A stretch of DNA of 64,000 nt, taken from assembly GCF_054482595.1 (NCBI RefSeq), contig NZ_CM137008.1, one strand, 5' to 3'. The position numbers were made by a program, and so were the translations under genes. This document shows, piece after piece, positions 12,061 to 24,663 of the stretch. Positions within the stretch are counted from its first letter, which is position 1; each line of letters starts with the position of its first letter. The notes beneath the pieces were generated by a model that was not told where the DNA came from, searched no databases, and was given only the letters and a program-made list of their open reading frames with translations.

Positions 12061-14883
12061 ATGGATAAGATCGAAGTTCGGGGCGCCCGCACCCATAATC
12101 TCAAAAACATCAACCTCGTTATCCCCCGCGACAAGCTCATTGTCGTGACCGGGCTTTCGGGTTCTGGCAAATCCTCGCTCGCTTTCGACACCTTATATGC
12201 CGAAGGGCAGCGCCGTTACGTTGAATCCCTTTCCGCCTACGCGCGGCAGTTTCTGTCACTGATGGAAAAGCCGGACGTCGATCATATTGAGGGGCTTTCT
12301 CCTGCCATCTCAATTGAGCAGAAATCGACGTCTCATAACCCGCGTTCTACGGTGGGGACAATCACCGAAATCCACGACTATTTGCGTTTGTTGTTCGCCC
12401 GCGTCGGCGAACCGCGCTGTCCGGACCACGACGTCCCGCTGGCGGCGCAAACCGTCAGCCAGATGGTGGATAACGTGCTGTCGCAGCCGGAAGGCAAGCG
12501 TCTGATGCTGCTCGCGCCAATCATTAAAGAGCGCAAAGGCGAACACACCAAAACGCTGGAGAACCTGGCAAGCCAGGGTTACATCCGTGCTCGTATTGAT
12601 GGCGAAGTCTGCGATCTTTCCGATCCGCCGAAACTGGAACTGCAAAAGAAACACACTATTGAAGTGGTGGTTGATCGCTTCAAGGTGCGTGACGATCTTA
12701 CCCAACGTCTTGCGGAGTCGTTTGAAACCGCGCTGGAGCTTTCCGGTGGTACAGCGGTAGTGGCGGATATGGACGACCCGAAAGCGGAAGAGCTGCTGTT
12801 CTCCGCCAACTTCGCCTGCCCAATTTGCGGCTACAGTATGCGTGAACTGGAGCCGCGACTGTTTTCGTTTAACAACCCGGCAGGTGCCTGCCCGACCTGT
12901 GACGGCCTTGGCGTACAGCAATATTTCGATCCTGACCGCGTGATCCAAAACCCCGAGCTGTCACTGGCTGGCGGTGCGATCCGTGGCTGGGATCGCCGCA
13001 ACTTCTATTATTTCCAGATGCTGAAATCGCTGGCAGATCACTATAAGTTCGACGTCGAAGCGCCGTGGGGCAGCCTGAGCGCGAACGTGCATAAAGTGGT
13101 GTTGTACGGTTCTGGCAAAGAAAACATTGAATTCAAATACATGAACGATCGTGGCGATACCTCCATCCGTCGTCATCCGTTCGAAGGCGTGCTGCACAAT
13201 ATGGAGCGCCGTTATAAAGAGACAGAATCCAGTGCGGTACGTGAAGAATTAGCCAAGTTTATCAGCAATCGCCCATGCGCCAGCTGCGAAGGGACGCGTC
13301 TGCGTCGGGAAGCGCGCCACGTTTATGTCGAGAATACGCCGCTGCCTGCTATCTCCGACATGAGCATCGGTCATGCGATGGAATTCTTCAACAATCTCAA
13401 ACTAGCTGGTCAGCGGGCGAAGATTGCAGAAAAAATCCTTAAAGAGATCGGCGATCGTCTGAAATTCCTCGTTAACGTCGGCCTGAATTACCTGACACTT
13501 TCCCGCTCGGCAGAAACACTTTCCGGCGGTGAAGCCCAGCGTATCCGTCTGGCGAGCCAGATTGGTGCGGGCCTGGTTGGCGTTATGTATGTACTGGACG
13601 AGCCGTCTATCGGCCTGCACCAGCGCGATAACGAGCGCCTGTTGGGTACGCTTATCCATCTGCGCGATCTCGGTAATACCGTGATTGTGGTGGAGCATGA
13701 CGAAGACGCAATTCGCGCCGCTGACCATGTGATCGATATCGGTCCTGGTGCGGGTGTTCACGGCGGTGAAGTGGTCGCAGAAGGTCCGCTGGAAGCGATT
13801 ATGGCAGTGCCTGAATCGTTGACCGGGCAGTACATGAGCGGTAAACGCAAGATTGAAGTGCCGAAGAAACGCGTTCCGGCGAATCCAGAAAAAGTGCTGA
13901 AGCTGACAGGTGCACGCGGCAACAACCTGAAGGACGTGACGCTCACGCTGCCAGTCGGTCTGTTTACCTGCATCACAGGGGTTTCAGGTTCCGGTAAATC
14001 GACGCTGATTAACGACACACTGTTCCCGATTGCCCAACGCCAGTTGAATGGTGCGACCATCGCCGAACCGGCACCGTATCGCGATATTCAGGGGCTGGAG
14101 CATTTCGATAAAGTGATCGATATCGACCAAAGCCCAATTGGTCGTACTCCACGTTCTAACCCGGCGACCTATACCGGCGTGTTTACACCTGTGCGCGAAC
14201 TGTTTGCGGGCGTACCGGAATCCCGTGCGCGTGGTTATACGCCAGGACGTTTCAGCTTTAACGTCCGTGGCGGGCGCTGCGAAGCCTGTCAGGGCGACGG
14301 TGTGATCAAAGTGGAGATGCACTTCCTGCCGGATATCTACGTGCCGTGCGATCAGTGCAAAGGTAAACGCTATAACCGTGAAACGCTGGAAATTAAGTAC
14401 AAAGGCAAAACCATCCACGAAGTGCTGGATATGACCATCGAAGAGGCGCGTGAGTTCTTTGATGCGGTGCCAGCTCTGGCGCGTAAGCTGCAAACGTTGA
14501 TGGACGTTGGTCTGACGTACATTCGCCTGGGGCAGTCCGCAACCACACTTTCTGGTGGTGAAGCCCAGCGCGTGAAGCTGGCGCGTGAGCTGTCAAAACG
14601 CGGCACCGGGCAGACGCTGTATATTCTCGACGAGCCGACCACCGGTCTGCACTTCGCCGATATTCAGCAACTCCTCGACGTGCTGCATAAACTGCGCGAT
14701 CAGGGCAATACCATTGTGGTGATTGAGCACAATCTCGACGTGATCAAAACCGCTGACTGGATTGTCGACCTGGGACCAGAAGGCGGCAGTGGCGGCGGCG
14801 AAATCCTCGTCTCCGGTACGCCAGAAACCGTCGCGGAGTGCGAAGCTTCGCATACGGCACGCTTCCTCAAGCCGATGCTGTAA
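12061..14883 (+). CDS. uvrA: Excinuclease ABC subunit A
   Basis: 940-aa ORF with two ABC ATPase modules (Walker [15 protein letters not shown] and [13 protein letters not shown]) and zinc-finger cysteines. Confidence 0.98.
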   Translation: MDKIEVRGARTHNLKNINLVIPRDKLIVVTGLSGSGKSSLAFDTLYAEGQRRYVESLSAYARQFLSLMEKPDVDHIEGLSPAISIEQKSTSHNPRSTVGTITEIHDYLRLLFARVGEPRCPDHDVPLAAQTVSQMVDNVLSQPEGKRLMLLAPIIKERKGEHTKTLENLASQGYIRARIDGEVCDLSDPPKLELQKKHTIEVVVDRFKVRDDLTQRLAESFETALELSGGTAVVADMDDPKAEELLFSANFACPICGYSMRELEPRLFSFNNPAGACPTCDGLGVQQYFDPDRVIQNPELSLAGGAIRGWDRRNFYYFQMLKSLADHYKFDVEAPWGSLSANVHKVVLYGSGKENIEFKYMNDRGDTSIRRHPFEGVLHNMERRYKETESSAVREELAKFISNRPCASCEGTRLRREARHVYVENTPLPAISDMSIGHAMEFFNNLKLAGQRAKIAEKILKEIGDRLKFLVNVGLNYLTLSRSAETLSGGEAQRIRLASQIGAGLVGVMYVLDEPSIGLHQRDNERLLGTLIHLRDLGNTVIVVEHDEDAIRAADHVIDIGPGAGVHGGEVVAEGPLEAIMAVPESLTGQYMSGKRKIEVPKKRVPANPEKVLKLTGARGNNLKDVTLTLPVGLFTCITGVSGSGKSTLINDTLFPIAQRQLNGATIAEPAPYRDIQGLEHFDKVIDIDQSPIGRTPRSNPATYTGVFTPVRELFAGVPESRARGYTPGRFSFNVRGGRCEACQGDGVIKVEMHFLPDIYVPCDQCKGKRYNRETLEIKYKGKTIHEVLDMTIEEAREFFDAVPALARKLQTLMDVGLTYIRLGQSATTLSGGEAQRVKLARELSKRGTGQTLYILDEPTTGLHFADIQQLLDVLHKLRDQGNTIVVIEHNLDVIKTADWIVDLGPEGGSGGGEILVSGTPETVAECEASHTARFLKPML

Positions 14884-14888
14884 TCGTT

Positions 14889-14918
14889 AAGGCCGCTTTC
14901 TGAGCGGCCTTTTCCTTT
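14889..14918 (+). terminator. Rho-independent terminator after uvrA (overlaps yjbR stop)
   Basis: AAGGCCGCT-TTCTG-AGCGGCCTT hairpin followed by T-rich run. Confidence 0.65.
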
Positions 14919-15274
14919 CAGAGTTGTACCAGCAATTTACGCTTTTCTTCCGGTAGTAAATTCACTGCCTGCTGATAAGACGCATCCACCAGATAATAGA
15001 TTTGCGAATCCGGCAGCGAACCGTCGAGATACACGGTGCTCCAGTGCGCTTTATTCAGATGGCGGCTAGGACGCACATCGCTGTGCTGCTGACGTAGCAG
15101 CTCCGCCAGCTCCGGGCTGGTTTTCAGCGAAACAGCTGGGCGATTTTCTACTTCTTTCACCATCGCAAACAGTACATCTTCCACTTTGATCTGCGTCGCT
15201 TTCCAGTCGTTATGCACGCTCTGTTCTGCGCCTGGTTTTGCCATGCAATATTGTAGCAACTCCGAAATGGTCAT
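14918..15274 (-). CDS. yjbR: Uncharacterised protein YjbR
   Basis: 118-aa ORF in the conserved position next to uvrA. Confidence 0.75.
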   Translation of the reverse strand: MTISELLQYCMAKPGAEQSVHNDWKATQIKVEDVLFAMVKEVENRPAVSLKTSPELAELLRQQHSDVRPSRHLNKAHWSTVYLDGSLPDSQIYYLVDASYQQAVNLLPEEKRKLLVQL

Positions 15275-15277
15275 TTT

Positions 15278-15694
15278 TTACTCCCCTTGTAGTGTCGCGA
15301 TGATGCGACGCGATCCGCCGTGGATGCGATGTTCCCCCAGCCAGATGCCTTGCCAGGTGCCGGTCTGAATACGCCCTTTATGTAACGGCAATACAAGCGA
15401 TGTTCCCAGCATTGAGGATTTGATATGAGAAGGCATATCGTCTGCTCCCTCATAGTCATGCTCATAATTTCCGTTGTCGGGAACGGTGCGGAGGAAAAAA
15501 CGCTCCATGTCGTGGCGTACGGTGGGATCGCAGTTCTCATTAAGTGTCAGAGAGGCGGAGGTATGTTGCAGCAACAGATGCAGTAAGCCGATGTTAACGC
15601 GCGGCATATCAGCCAGCTGATTCAGAATTTCATCCGTTACCAGATGAAACCCACGAGATTTGGCGCTAAGCGTGAGCGTCTTTTGATACCACAT
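15278..15694 (-). CDS. yjbQ: UPF0047-family protein YjbQ
   Basis: 138-aa ORF, 3 bp from yjbR, suggesting an operon. Confidence 0.78.
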   Translation of the reverse strand: MWYQKTLTLSAKSRGFHLVTDEILNQLADMPRVNIGLLHLLLQHTSASLTLNENCDPTVRHDMERFFLRTVPDNGNYEHDYEGADDMPSHIKSSMLGTSLVLPLHKGRIQTGTWQGIWLGEHRIHGGSRRIIATLQGE

Positions 15695-15761
15695 GTGCTG
15701 CTCCTTGATAAAACTCTCTTAATCAGTTTGCAGCAAGACAGCGAAAGGATAAAGGTGTGAT

Positions 15762-15799
15762 TAAAAAAACAGCATTCGGGAGAGTGTCACGCTCTCCCG
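15762..15799 (-). terminator. Rho-independent terminator after aphA
   Basis: CGGGAGAG...CTCTCCCG hairpin followed on the minus strand by a U-run (plus strand AAAAAAAC). Confidence 0.65.
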
Positions 15800-15804
15800 C
15801 TCTG

Positions 15805-16797
<993 letters not shown>

Positions 16798-16935
16798 TTA
16801 ATGAACTTAATGATACAGCATTACAAAAACAATCGAAGTTTATAAAATAACATTTTTATAAAGATGATTTCTGATTGACCAGAACCCTACCCTACAATGG
16901 TGACTAATTTTATTACTCCCGAAGGAGATGATGAC

Positions 16936-17439
16936 ATGAATATATCATATGTGAATAGCAACAAAACGACATCTTTACCTGTAGAGCTAGATACACTAAA
17001 TAACAAAGATATCTCTTATGCCAAAGATTTCTCTTATGCCAAAGATCTCTTTTTATATATAGAAACACAGTTAAAAATTGCAAAAGATTTTTGTAGACCT
17101 GGAGAAGAAGCATCAAGTTCTATTGCAAGTACAGTTTTTCACGCATTTATTGATTTAGTTAACAAAATCAGGGGTAAGAAAGATTTTATGTATATTTGCA
17201 CGCTTTGCTGTTTTGCCGAGGAGGTTAAAGGTGATTATTCTCATTACAGGACCTTTTTATTTGATATTGGTAATCAATATAAGGTTAAACTTACACAAAG
17301 CGGAAAAAAAGAGTTCTCTTTAACTTTAGAATTTAACGATACTATAATTGAATCTCAGAAAGTCACAGGCAATAAGGCAAAGCATATTCTTGAGGATATA
17401 GAAAAATTCTATCGTAACAAACCCGGCACTTATTATTAA
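16936..17439 (+). CDS. AT-rich hypothetical protein (orphan)
   Basis: ATG at 16936 with GGAG at 16924-16927; about 168 aa, no obvious TM segment or known motif; contains an 18-bp direct repeat x2 (17011-17046) encoding ISYAKD/FSYAKD. Confidence 0.5.
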   Translation: MNISYVNSNKTTSLPVELDTLNNKDISYAKDFSYAKDLFLYIETQLKIAKDFCRPGEEASSSIASTVFHAFIDLVNKIRGKKDFMYICTLCCFAEEVKGDYSHYRTFLFDIGNQYKVKLTQSGKKEFSLTLEFNDTIIESQKVTGNKAKHILEDIEKFYRNKPGTYY

Positions 17440-17662
17440 ATTTAATAATGGTTAGATGTGCAGAAATTATTACTCCACACGAAAAAAACAGGGAAAGGAA
17501 TTCCAGATAATTGGGATAAACTTAACAATAAAAGAACTAACAACGTTTATTATCTCTCACGTAGAACGATGGCATCAAAAAAAATCATCTATAAAGAAAG
17601 AGTGAAAGCGACGACAGTTTAATTTCACTGCAGGCTGGGTAACTCCAGCCTGCTTTCCTGCA

Positions 17663-18856
17663 TTACATCACCGCAGCAAACGCCTTTGCCACACGTTGTA
17701 CATTTGCCGTATTTAACCCGGCGACACACATGCGACCGCTGGCGATGAGATAGACACCAAATTCTTCACGTAGTCGGTCAACCTGAGCGGCACTTAAACC
17801 GGTATAACTGAACATGCCGCGCTGATTAAGCAGATAATCGAAATTGCGTTCTGGCATCTCTGTGCTCAATACCTTCACCAGTTCCTGACGCATTGCCAGA
17901 ATGCGAGTACGCATCTCTTCTACTTCCGCCAGCCAGCTGGCTTTCAATGCCTCGTCATTCAGCACCGCAGCCACCACCTGCGCACCAAAATTCGGCGGGC
18001 TGGAGTAGTTGCGGCGAACTGTTGCTTTCAATTGCCCCAGTACGCGGCCTGCAGCTTCGGCATCTTCACACAGAACAGAAAGTCCGCCAACGCGCTCGCC
18101 GTAAAGGGAGAAAATTTTCGAGAACGAATTGCTCACCAGAGCGGGTAATCCAGCGCTGGCAATGGCGCGAATGGCGTAGGCATCCTCTTCCATACCGGCA
18201 CCAAATCCTTGATAGGCAATATCAAGGAATGGGATAAGCTCGCGGGCTTTGAGAATTTCAATCACCGCATCCCACTGGTCATTAGTGAGATCGGCACCCG
18301 TTGGGTTGTGGCAACATGGATGCAGCAACACAATACTGCGGGCAGGTAATGTTTTCAGCATCGCCAACAGGTCATTAAAGCGCACGCCGTTAGTCGCTTC
18401 GTCATACCAGGGGTAAGTACTTACTTCGAATCCAGCCCCGGCGAATATTGCTACGTGGTTTTCCCAGGTAGGATCGCTGACCCAGACGCCTGATTCCGGA
18501 AAGTAGCGTTTCAGGAAATCCGCGCCCACTTTCAATGCCCCTGAGCCGCCAAGGGTTTGAATGGTTGCTACGCGCTGTTGTTGCAGTACCGGATGGTCGG
18601 CACCAAACAGCAGCGGCGCAATGGCATGGCGATAGCTGTTAAGCCCTTCCATCGGTAAATAAAGCGAAGCGCCATGAGGCACCGCATTCAGGCGCGCTTC
18701 TGCATCAGCCACGGCTTTCAATTGTGGAATAATTCCGTCTTCGTTGTAGTACAGACCGATACTTAAATTCACTTTGTCGCTGCGAGGGTCTTCTTTAAAA
18801 CGCTCCATAAGCGTAAGAATCGGGTCGCCAGCGTAGGCGTCAACTTTTTGAAACAC
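17663..18856 (-). CDS. tyrB: Aromatic-amino-acid aminotransferase
   Basis: 397-aa product from a GTG start ([16 protein letters not shown]...), class I aminotransferase PLP-lysine region [16 protein letters not shown]. Confidence 0.93.
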   Translation of the reverse strand: MFQKVDAYAGDPILTLMERFKEDPRSDKVNLSIGLYYNEDGIIPQLKAVADAEARLNAVPHGASLYLPMEGLNSYRHAIAPLLFGADHPVLQQQRVATIQTLGGSGALKVGADFLKRYFPESGVWVSDPTWENHVAIFAGAGFEVSTYPWYDEATNGVRFNDLLAMLKTLPARSIVLLHPCCHNPTGADLTNDQWDAVIEILKARELIPFLDIAYQGFGAGMEEDAYAIRAIASAGLPALVSNSFSKIFSLYGERVGGLSVLCEDAEAAGRVLGQLKATVRRNYSSPPNFGAQVVAAVLNDEALKASWLAEVEEMRTRILAMRQELVKVLSTEMPERNFDYLLNQRGMFSYTGLSAAQVDRLREEFGVYLIASGRMCVAGLNTANVQRVAKAFAAVM

Positions 18857-19051
18857 GCGATGGTTCTCCAGGTTTACGGGCAGGTGGTTAAAACACAATA
18901 AACCGGAAGAAGGCGAAGATCGAGTGGATGTTCAGGGGCGAACGGCAATTAGCAACAGAGTGAGACTCATGACAAACGTACATCCGCCAGAGGTACGACC
19001 TTTATAAGAGCATGAAAGAATATCAACTTATTGAATTGGTAGGATTTTATT

Positions 19052-19086
19052 GGCCGGATAAGGCATTCACGCCGCATCCGGCACAG
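19052..19086. repeat. REP element
   Basis: GCCGGATAAGGCATTCACGCCGCATCCGGCA between alr and tyrB. Confidence 0.7.
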
Positions 19087-19108
19087 ACAATCAAATATTA
19101 CAGAACGA

Positions 19109-20188
19109 TTAATCCACGTATTTCATCGCGACCCTTGAAGTCAGGCGCGTAATAAGTTCGTAAGCGCTTACTTTCGTCATTTCAGCGATACGTTCTACGG
19201 GCAAACCTTCACCCCACAAAATGACCGGGTCCCCGGCTTTATCCTGTGCCTGTGGACCTAAGTCTAAGCAGATCATATCCATCGCCACGCGCCCGACAAT
19301 CGGCACTTCGCGACCGTTCACCAGCACTGGCGTACCGGACGGCGCGGCGCGCGGATAACCATCGCCATAGCCCATCGCGACTACGCCAAGGCGGGTATCA
19401 CGTTCGCTTACCCAGGTTCCACCATAACCGACAGGCTCTCCGACTTTATGCTCACGCACGGCAATCAGGCTGGAGGTTAGTGACATCACTGGCTGACAGC
19501 CAAAATCGGCACCGGTGGAGCGATCTTCCAGCGGCGAGACGCCATAAAGAATGATGCCCGGGCGCACCCAGTCAAAATGCGACTGTGGCCACAGCAGAAT
19601 GCCACCCGACGCGGCAATGGAACGTTGACCTGGTTTGCCTTCGCAAAAGGTATTAAAGATAGCGAGTTGTTTCTCGGTTGCGCCACATTTTGGTTCATCC
19701 GCGCGCGCAAAATGGCTGACGATATTCACCGGCTGACGAACGTTTTTGCACTGGGTCAGGCGATGATAAAACGCCTCAGCCTGTTCCGGCCTTACGCCCA
19801 GACGGTGCATACCGGTATCGAGTTTCATCCAGACGGTAACCGGCTCGTCCAGGCTAGCCTCTTCCAGCGCAGCCAGCTGTTCTTCGTTATGCACGGCGGT
19901 ATGAAAATGTTGCGCAGAAATCGTCGGCAGATCTCTGGCATCAAAAAAGCCTTCGAGTAACAGTACAGGTTTGGTGATTCCCCCCGCACGCAGTCGCAGA
20001 GCTTCTTCGAGACGGGCTACGCCAAAGGCGTCAGCATCGGGGAGCGTTCGCGCGGTCTCAAGAAGACCGTGACCATAAGCGTTCGCTTTCACCACCGCAA
20101 CCATTTTACTGGCAGGAGCCAGTTCACGAAGACGTTGCAGGTTGTGTCGCAGAGCGCGGCGGTTAATCACAACAGTTGCCGCTTGCAT
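19109..20188 (-). CDS. alr: Alanine racemase (biosynthetic)
   Basis: 359-aa ORF with PLP-binding [10 protein letters not shown] motif. Confidence 0.96.
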   Translation of the reverse strand: MQAATVVINRRALRHNLQRLRELAPASKMVAVVKANAYGHGLLETARTLPDADAFGVARLEEALRLRAGGITKPVLLLEGFFDARDLPTISAQHFHTAVHNEEQLAALEEASLDEPVTVWMKLDTGMHRLGVRPEQAEAFYHRLTQCKNVRQPVNIVSHFARADEPKCGATEKQLAIFNTFCEGKPGQRSIAASGGILLWPQSHFDWVRPGIILYGVSPLEDRSTGADFGCQPVMSLTSSLIAVREHKVGEPVGYGGTWVSERDTRLGVVAMGYGDGYPRAAPSGTPVLVNGREVPIVGRVAMDMICLDLGPQAQDKAGDPVILWGEGLPVERIAEMTKVSAYELITRLTSRVAMKYVD

Positions 20189-20240
20189 TTGTGTTCCTTG
20201 ATAAGTGTTTGCTTTAATTACCTAATTCATAAAATAATTA

Positions 20241-21656
20241 TTATTCGTCGTCGTACTGCGGCCCCGCATAGTTGTCGAAGCGCGACCATTGACCGTTAAA
20301 GGTCAGGCGTACCGTCCCGATTGGGCCGTTACGTTGTTTACCGATAATAATTTCCGCGATGCCTTTTAAATCACTGTTTTCGTGATACACCTCATCACGA
20401 TAGATAAACATGATCAAGTCCGCATCCTGCTCGATAGAGCCAGATTCACGCAGGTCGGAGTTGACCGGGCGTTTGTCGGCACGTTGTTCCAGAGAACGGT
20501 TCAACTGGGACAGCGCCACCACCGGCACGTTCAGTTCTTTCGCCAGTGCTTTCAGCGAGCGGGAGATTTCTGCAATTTCCAGCGTACGGTTATCGGAAAG
20601 CGCCGGTACGCGCATCAGTTGCAGGTAGTCGATCATGATAAGCCCGATGCCGCCGTGTTCACGGGCAATACGGCGTGCGCGGGAACGCACTTCCGTTGGC
20701 GTCAGGCCGGAGGAGTCATCGATATAGATATTGCGTTTTTCGAGCAAAATACCCATGGTGCCGGAAATGCGCGCCCAGTCTTCGTCATCGAGCTGCCCGG
20801 TACGGATTTTAGTCTGGTCAACGCGCGACAGCGACGCCAGAGAACGCATCATGATCTGTTCTGATGGCATCTCCAGCGAGAAGATAAGTACCGGTTTATC
20901 CTGCAACATCGCCGCGTTTTCGACGAGGTTCATCGCAAATGTTGTTTTACCCATCGACGGACGCGCGGCGACGATGATCAAATCCGACGGCTGCAAGCCA
21001 GCGGTTTTTTTGTTGAGATCGTCATAACCGGTGTTTACCCCGGTAACGCCATCGTGTGGCTGCTGAAACAACTGCTCAATACGCGCCACGGTTGCGTCGA
21101 GCACATCGGCGATGTTCTTCGGCCCTTCGTCTTTGTTCGCACGACTTTCGGCAATTTTAAAGACGCGGGATTCAGCCAGATCCAGCAGATCTTCGCTGGT
21201 ACGCCCCTGCGGATCAAAACCGGCTTCGGCAATCTCATTCGCAACCGAGATCATCTCACGGACAACGGCACGTTCACGCACGATGTCCGCATAGGCACTG
21301 ATGTTCGCCGCACTTGGCGTATTTTTTGACAGCTCTGCCAGATAAGCAAAACCACCGACGCTATCGAGTTGCCCCTGGCGTTCCAGCGATTCCGCAAGAG
21401 TAATCAGATCGATAGGACTACCGCTTTCCTGCAAACGCGCCATTTCAGTAAAGATATGACGGTGTGGGCGGGTGTAAAAATCGTCTGCTACCACACGCTC
21501 GGCTACATCATCCCAGCGTTCGTTATCCAGCATTAAACCGCCCAACACCGACTGCTCCGCTTCGATCGAGTGCGGAGGCACTTTCAGCCCGGCAACTTGT
21601 GGATCGCGTTCGCGGGGTTCAGCCTGCTGTTTGTTGAAGGGTTTATTTCCTGCCAT
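20241..21656 (-). CDS. dnaB: Replicative DNA helicase
   Basis: 471-aa ORF with Walker A (GARPSMGKTTFAMN) and DnaB-family motifs. Confidence 0.98.
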   Translation of the reverse strand: MAGNKPFNKQQAEPRERDPQVAGLKVPPHSIEAEQSVLGGLMLDNERWDDVAERVVADDFYTRPHRHIFTEMARLQESGSPIDLITLAESLERQGQLDSVGGFAYLAELSKNTPSAANISAYADIVRERAVVREMISVANEIAEAGFDPQGRTSEDLLDLAESRVFKIAESRANKDEGPKNIADVLDATVARIEQLFQQPHDGVTGVNTGYDDLNKKTAGLQPSDLIIVAARPSMGKTTFAMNLVENAAMLQDKPVLIFSLEMPSEQIMMRSLASLSRVDQTKIRTGQLDDEDWARISGTMGILLEKRNIYIDDSSGLTPTEVRSRARRIAREHGGIGLIMIDYLQLMRVPALSDNRTLEIAEISRSLKALAKELNVPVVALSQLNRSLEQRADKRPVNSDLRESGSIEQDADLIMFIYRDEVYHENSDLKGIAEIIIGKQRNGPIGTVRLTFNGQWSRFDNYAGPQYDDE

Positions 21657-21738
21657 AGTGAATGGAGTTACCGAGATAAAGAATGGGTCGAAACTTTACC
21701 ATATGAAGCAGACCCTGACGATACGTTCTGGAGGACAC

Positions 21739-22722
21739 ATGGCAACACGAATTGAATTTCACAAGCACGGTGGCCCGGAAGTACTTCAAGCCGTAGAGTT
21801 CACTCCTGCCGATCCGGCGGAGAATGAAATCCAGGTCGAAAATAAAGCCATCGGCATCAATTTTATCGACACATATATCCGCAGCGGCCTTTACCCGCCG
21901 CCATCGCTACCCAGCGGATTAGGTACCGAAGCGGCAGGCATCGTGAGTAAAGTCGGCAGTGGTGTAAAGCATATTAAGGCAGGCGATCGTGTAGTCTATG
22001 CGCAGTCGGCGTTAGGCGCTTACAGCTCTGTGCATAACATTATTGCGGATAAAGCGGCGATTCTGCCTGCGGCAATTTCTTTTGAGCAAGCTGCGGCATC
22101 CTTCCTGAAAGGCTTAACGGTTTATTATCTGCTGCGCAAAACCTATGAAATTAAACCCGATGAGCAGTTCCTGTTCCACGCAGCAGCTGGCGGCGTTGGC
22201 TTGATTGCCTGCCAGTGGGCAAAAGCCCTGGGCGCGAAACTTATCGGCACCGTAGGAACTGCGCAAAAAGCGCAGAGCGCGCTAAAAGCGGGCGCGTGGC
22301 AGGTTATTAACTATCGTGAAGAGAATCTGGTCGAGCGGTTAAAAGAGATCACCGGTGGTAAGAAAGTGCGCGTAGTGTACGATTCCGTGGGCAGAGACAC
22401 CTGGGAACGGTCGCTGGATTGCCTGCAACGCCGCGGCTTAATGGTGAGTTTTGGCAACTCATCAGGTGCGGTTACCGGTGTGAACTTAGGCATTCTCAAT
22501 CAGAAAGGCTCGTTGTATGTGACACGCCCTTCCCTGCAAGGCTATATCACCACGCGGGAGGAATTAACCGAGGCCAGTAATGAACTGTTCTCTTTGATTG
22601 CCAGCGGTGTGATTAAGGTCGATGTCGCCGAGCAGCAGAAATATCCGCTGAAGGATGCGCAGCGTGCGCATGAGGTTCTGGAAAGCCGGGCGACGCAAGG
22701 TTCCAGCCTGTTGATTCCATAA
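21739..22722 (+). CDS. qor: NADPH:quinone oxidoreductase (zeta-crystallin-like MDR)
   Basis: 327-aa product from ATG at 21739 (MATRIEFHKHGGPEVL...), GGAGGA RBS; GxGxxG nucleotide motif AAAGGVG. Confidence 0.93.
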   Translation: MATRIEFHKHGGPEVLQAVEFTPADPAENEIQVENKAIGINFIDTYIRSGLYPPPSLPSGLGTEAAGIVSKVGSGVKHIKAGDRVVYAQSALGAYSSVHNIIADKAAILPAAISFEQAAASFLKGLTVYYLLRKTYEIKPDEQFLFHAAAGGVGLIACQWAKALGAKLIGTVGTAQKAQSALKAGAWQVINYREENLVERLKEITGGKKVRVVYDSVGRDTWERSLDCLQRRGLMVSFGNSSGAVTGVNLGILNQKGSLYVTRPSLQGYITTREELTEASNELFSLIASGVIKVDVAEQQKYPLKDAQRAHEVLESRATQGSSLLIP

Positions 22723-22761
22723 AAGAAATAGGGCTTCCACCTGGGAAGCCCTTTCTTTTTA
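22722..22761 (+). terminator. Rho-independent terminator of qor
   Basis: AAAGAAATAGGGCTTCC-ACCTG-GGAAGCCCTTTCTTTTT. Confidence 0.8.
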
Positions 22762-22887
22762 TAGTTCGGCTGTATGTAGGGTACAGCACGATGAATCTGT
22801 TAGAGGCGCAATAGTGACAGATTTGATTATCAATTCCTATTTTGTTCTAAGGATAAAACCTTAGGTTGTGATCATCCGCACAATCCC

Positions 22888-23130
22888 TTAGTAACGCCAG
22901 CGGTCATAACGCTGATATTTAGGCACTTTTGGTGCTTTAATCGCCTTAATAACCCACACCACCGCAATCGCCAGGAGTAACCACGGCAGCAACTTAATCA
23001 TCAATGCCAGCATACCGCCGAGGAACATAATGGCCGTCGCCACAACCAGCGCGGCGATAATGCCCAGCAACGAAACGCCGGTGACCATCAGCATGACAAA
23101 AAAGCCAATCACAAAAAGTAGTTCCAGCAT
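22888..23130 (-). CDS. pspG: Phage-shock protein G (small membrane protein)
   Basis: 80-aa hydrophobic product from internal ATG (MLELLFVIGFFVML...); the 150-aa track ORF is an extension. Confidence 0.85.
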   Translation of the reverse strand: MLELLFVIGFFVMLMVTGVSLLGIIAALVVATAIMFLGGMLALMIKLLPWLLLAIAVVWVIKAIKAPKVPKYQRYDRWRY

Positions 23131-23160
23131 GATGCTCTCCCAAATATGAAATCTCTTGCA

Positions 23161-23181
23161 GGCATTACAAGAATCATGCCA
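23161..23181 (-). promoter_or_regulatory. Sigma54-type (-24/-12) promoter upstream of pspG
   Basis: Minus-strand TGGCATG-ATTC-TTGT matches TGGCACG-N4-TTGC at 13 of 15 positions, about 30-50 bp upstream of the pspG ATG. Confidence 0.5.
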
Positions 23182-23263
23182 AAAATAATCTATTGATTTA
23201 ACAGCAAAACGCCCCGCGAATTTGCGCAGGGCGTGGTGAATTTGACTACTTTTTGGTGAAAAG

Positions 23264-24307
23264 TTAACGCTTATCCGCCACCAGTTTGAGCGCGTGTTCC
23301 AGCACGTTAATGTCAGCACCCGCTTTATGGGCATTTTCACTTAAATAACGCCGCCACTGCCGCGCGCCAGGAATACCCTGGAACAAGCCCAGCATATGCC
23401 GGGTAATATGACCGAGATACGTCCCCTGGCTGAGTTCACACTCAATGTACGGATACATGGCGCGCACTACCGCCACCGGATCGGCATCGGTATCCGAGGA
23501 ACCAAAGATCTCCCGGTCTACCGCCGCCAGAATACCCGGATTCTGATACGCCTCGCGCCCGACCATCACGCCATCCATATGTTGCAAATGCGCTTTAGCT
23601 TCTTCCAGCGACTTGATGCCACCGTTAATGGACATTGTCAGATGCGGAAAGTCACGCTTCAGTTGATACACACGCGGATAATCGAGCGGCGGGATTTCAC
23701 GGTTTTCTTTCGGGCTTAACCCCGAAAGCCAGGCTTTACGTGCATGGATGATGAACATCTCACACTCGCCTTTGCCGGAAACGGTGTTGATGAAATCGCA
23801 GAGAAATTCATAGCTGTCCTGGTCATCGATGCCAATACGCGTTTTCACCGTCACCGGAATCGACACCACATCGCGCATCGCTTTCACGCAGTCGGCAACC
23901 AGCTGCGCATTACCCATCAGACACGCACCAAACATGCCGTTCTGCACCCGGTCAGACGGGCAGCCGACATTCAGGTTGATCTCATCATATCCGCGCGCTT
24001 CTGCCAGCTTCGCACACTGTGCCAGCGCCGCCGGATCGCTACCGCCCAGTTGCAACGCTACCGGATGTTCTTCTTCACTGTACGCCAGATAATCACCTTT
24101 ACCGTGAATAATCGCCCCTGTGGTCACCATTTCGGTATACAGCAACGTATTGCGGGAAAGCAGACGCAAGAAATAGCGGCAATGTCTGTCCGTCCAGTCG
24201 AGCATTGGTGCAACGCTAAACCGACCACTCCAGTGAACGTCAGTTTTTTCAGGCATTGCGCTGGTTTGGTTGATTTTTTGCATTTCAGAATTACCGTGCA
24301 TTTTCAA
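23264..24307 (-). CDS. dusA: tRNA-dihydrouridine synthase A
   Basis: 347-aa ORF with Dus-family FMN-binding motifs (…[14 protein letters not shown]…, …INLNVGCPS…); exact start uncertain. Confidence 0.88.
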   Translation of the reverse strand: MKMHGNSEMQKINQTSAMPEKTDVHWSGRFSVAPMLDWTDRHCRYFLRLLSRNTLLYTEMVTTGAIIHGKGDYLAYSEEEHPVALQLGGSDPAALAQCAKLAEARGYDEINLNVGCPSDRVQNGMFGACLMGNAQLVADCVKAMRDVVSIPVTVKTRIGIDDQDSYEFLCDFINTVSGKGECEMFIIHARKAWLSGLSPKENREIPPLDYPRVYQLKRDFPHLTMSINGGIKSLEEAKAHLQHMDGVMVGREAYQNPGILAAVDREIFGSSDTDADPVAVVRAMYPYIECELSQGTYLGHITRHMLGLFQGIPGARQWRRYLSENAHKAGADINVLEHALKLVADKR

Positions 24308-24590
24308 ATGTAGAGATTATTTTATCGATATATCATTGAGTTATGTTATTCAGCATCACTGTTCAGGAGGCTCAATAGCGGGGTACTATACCATAACAAC
24401 AGGAAGCGCCTGTCTCATTGCAAAAGAAAATTGAGATCCTCTCAAGGCATGAAGCTCTCACGAAGTGATGGAAATAATCTTATTAGCCGTTAGCTTTGTT
24501 AAGGCCAATGATAAACAATCCAGGTTCGACGATAAATAAAAATCACACATTAAACTCCGGTGATATCTCTCCCTGCTAATAGCACTGATA

Positions 24591-24622
24591 GAGAAAAAAA
24601 GAACCCAATAAGCATTGGGGCC
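24591..24622 (-). terminator. Rho-independent terminator downstream of the 340-aa orphan gene
   Basis: Minus-strand hairpin CCCAAT-GCTT-ATTGGG followed by UUCUUUUUUUCUC. Confidence 0.55.
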
Positions 24623-24663
24623 TTTTATATAATGCCTTCCATACTATCGAAGAACCTCACATA

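Noticed and set aside
12310-12948. 212-aa ORF antisense to uvrA (and similar antisense ORFs at 13984-14493 and 14593-14853)
   Set aside because: Lies entirely within the well-supported uvrA coding region on the opposite strand; GC-rich shadow ORF with no RBS or motif.
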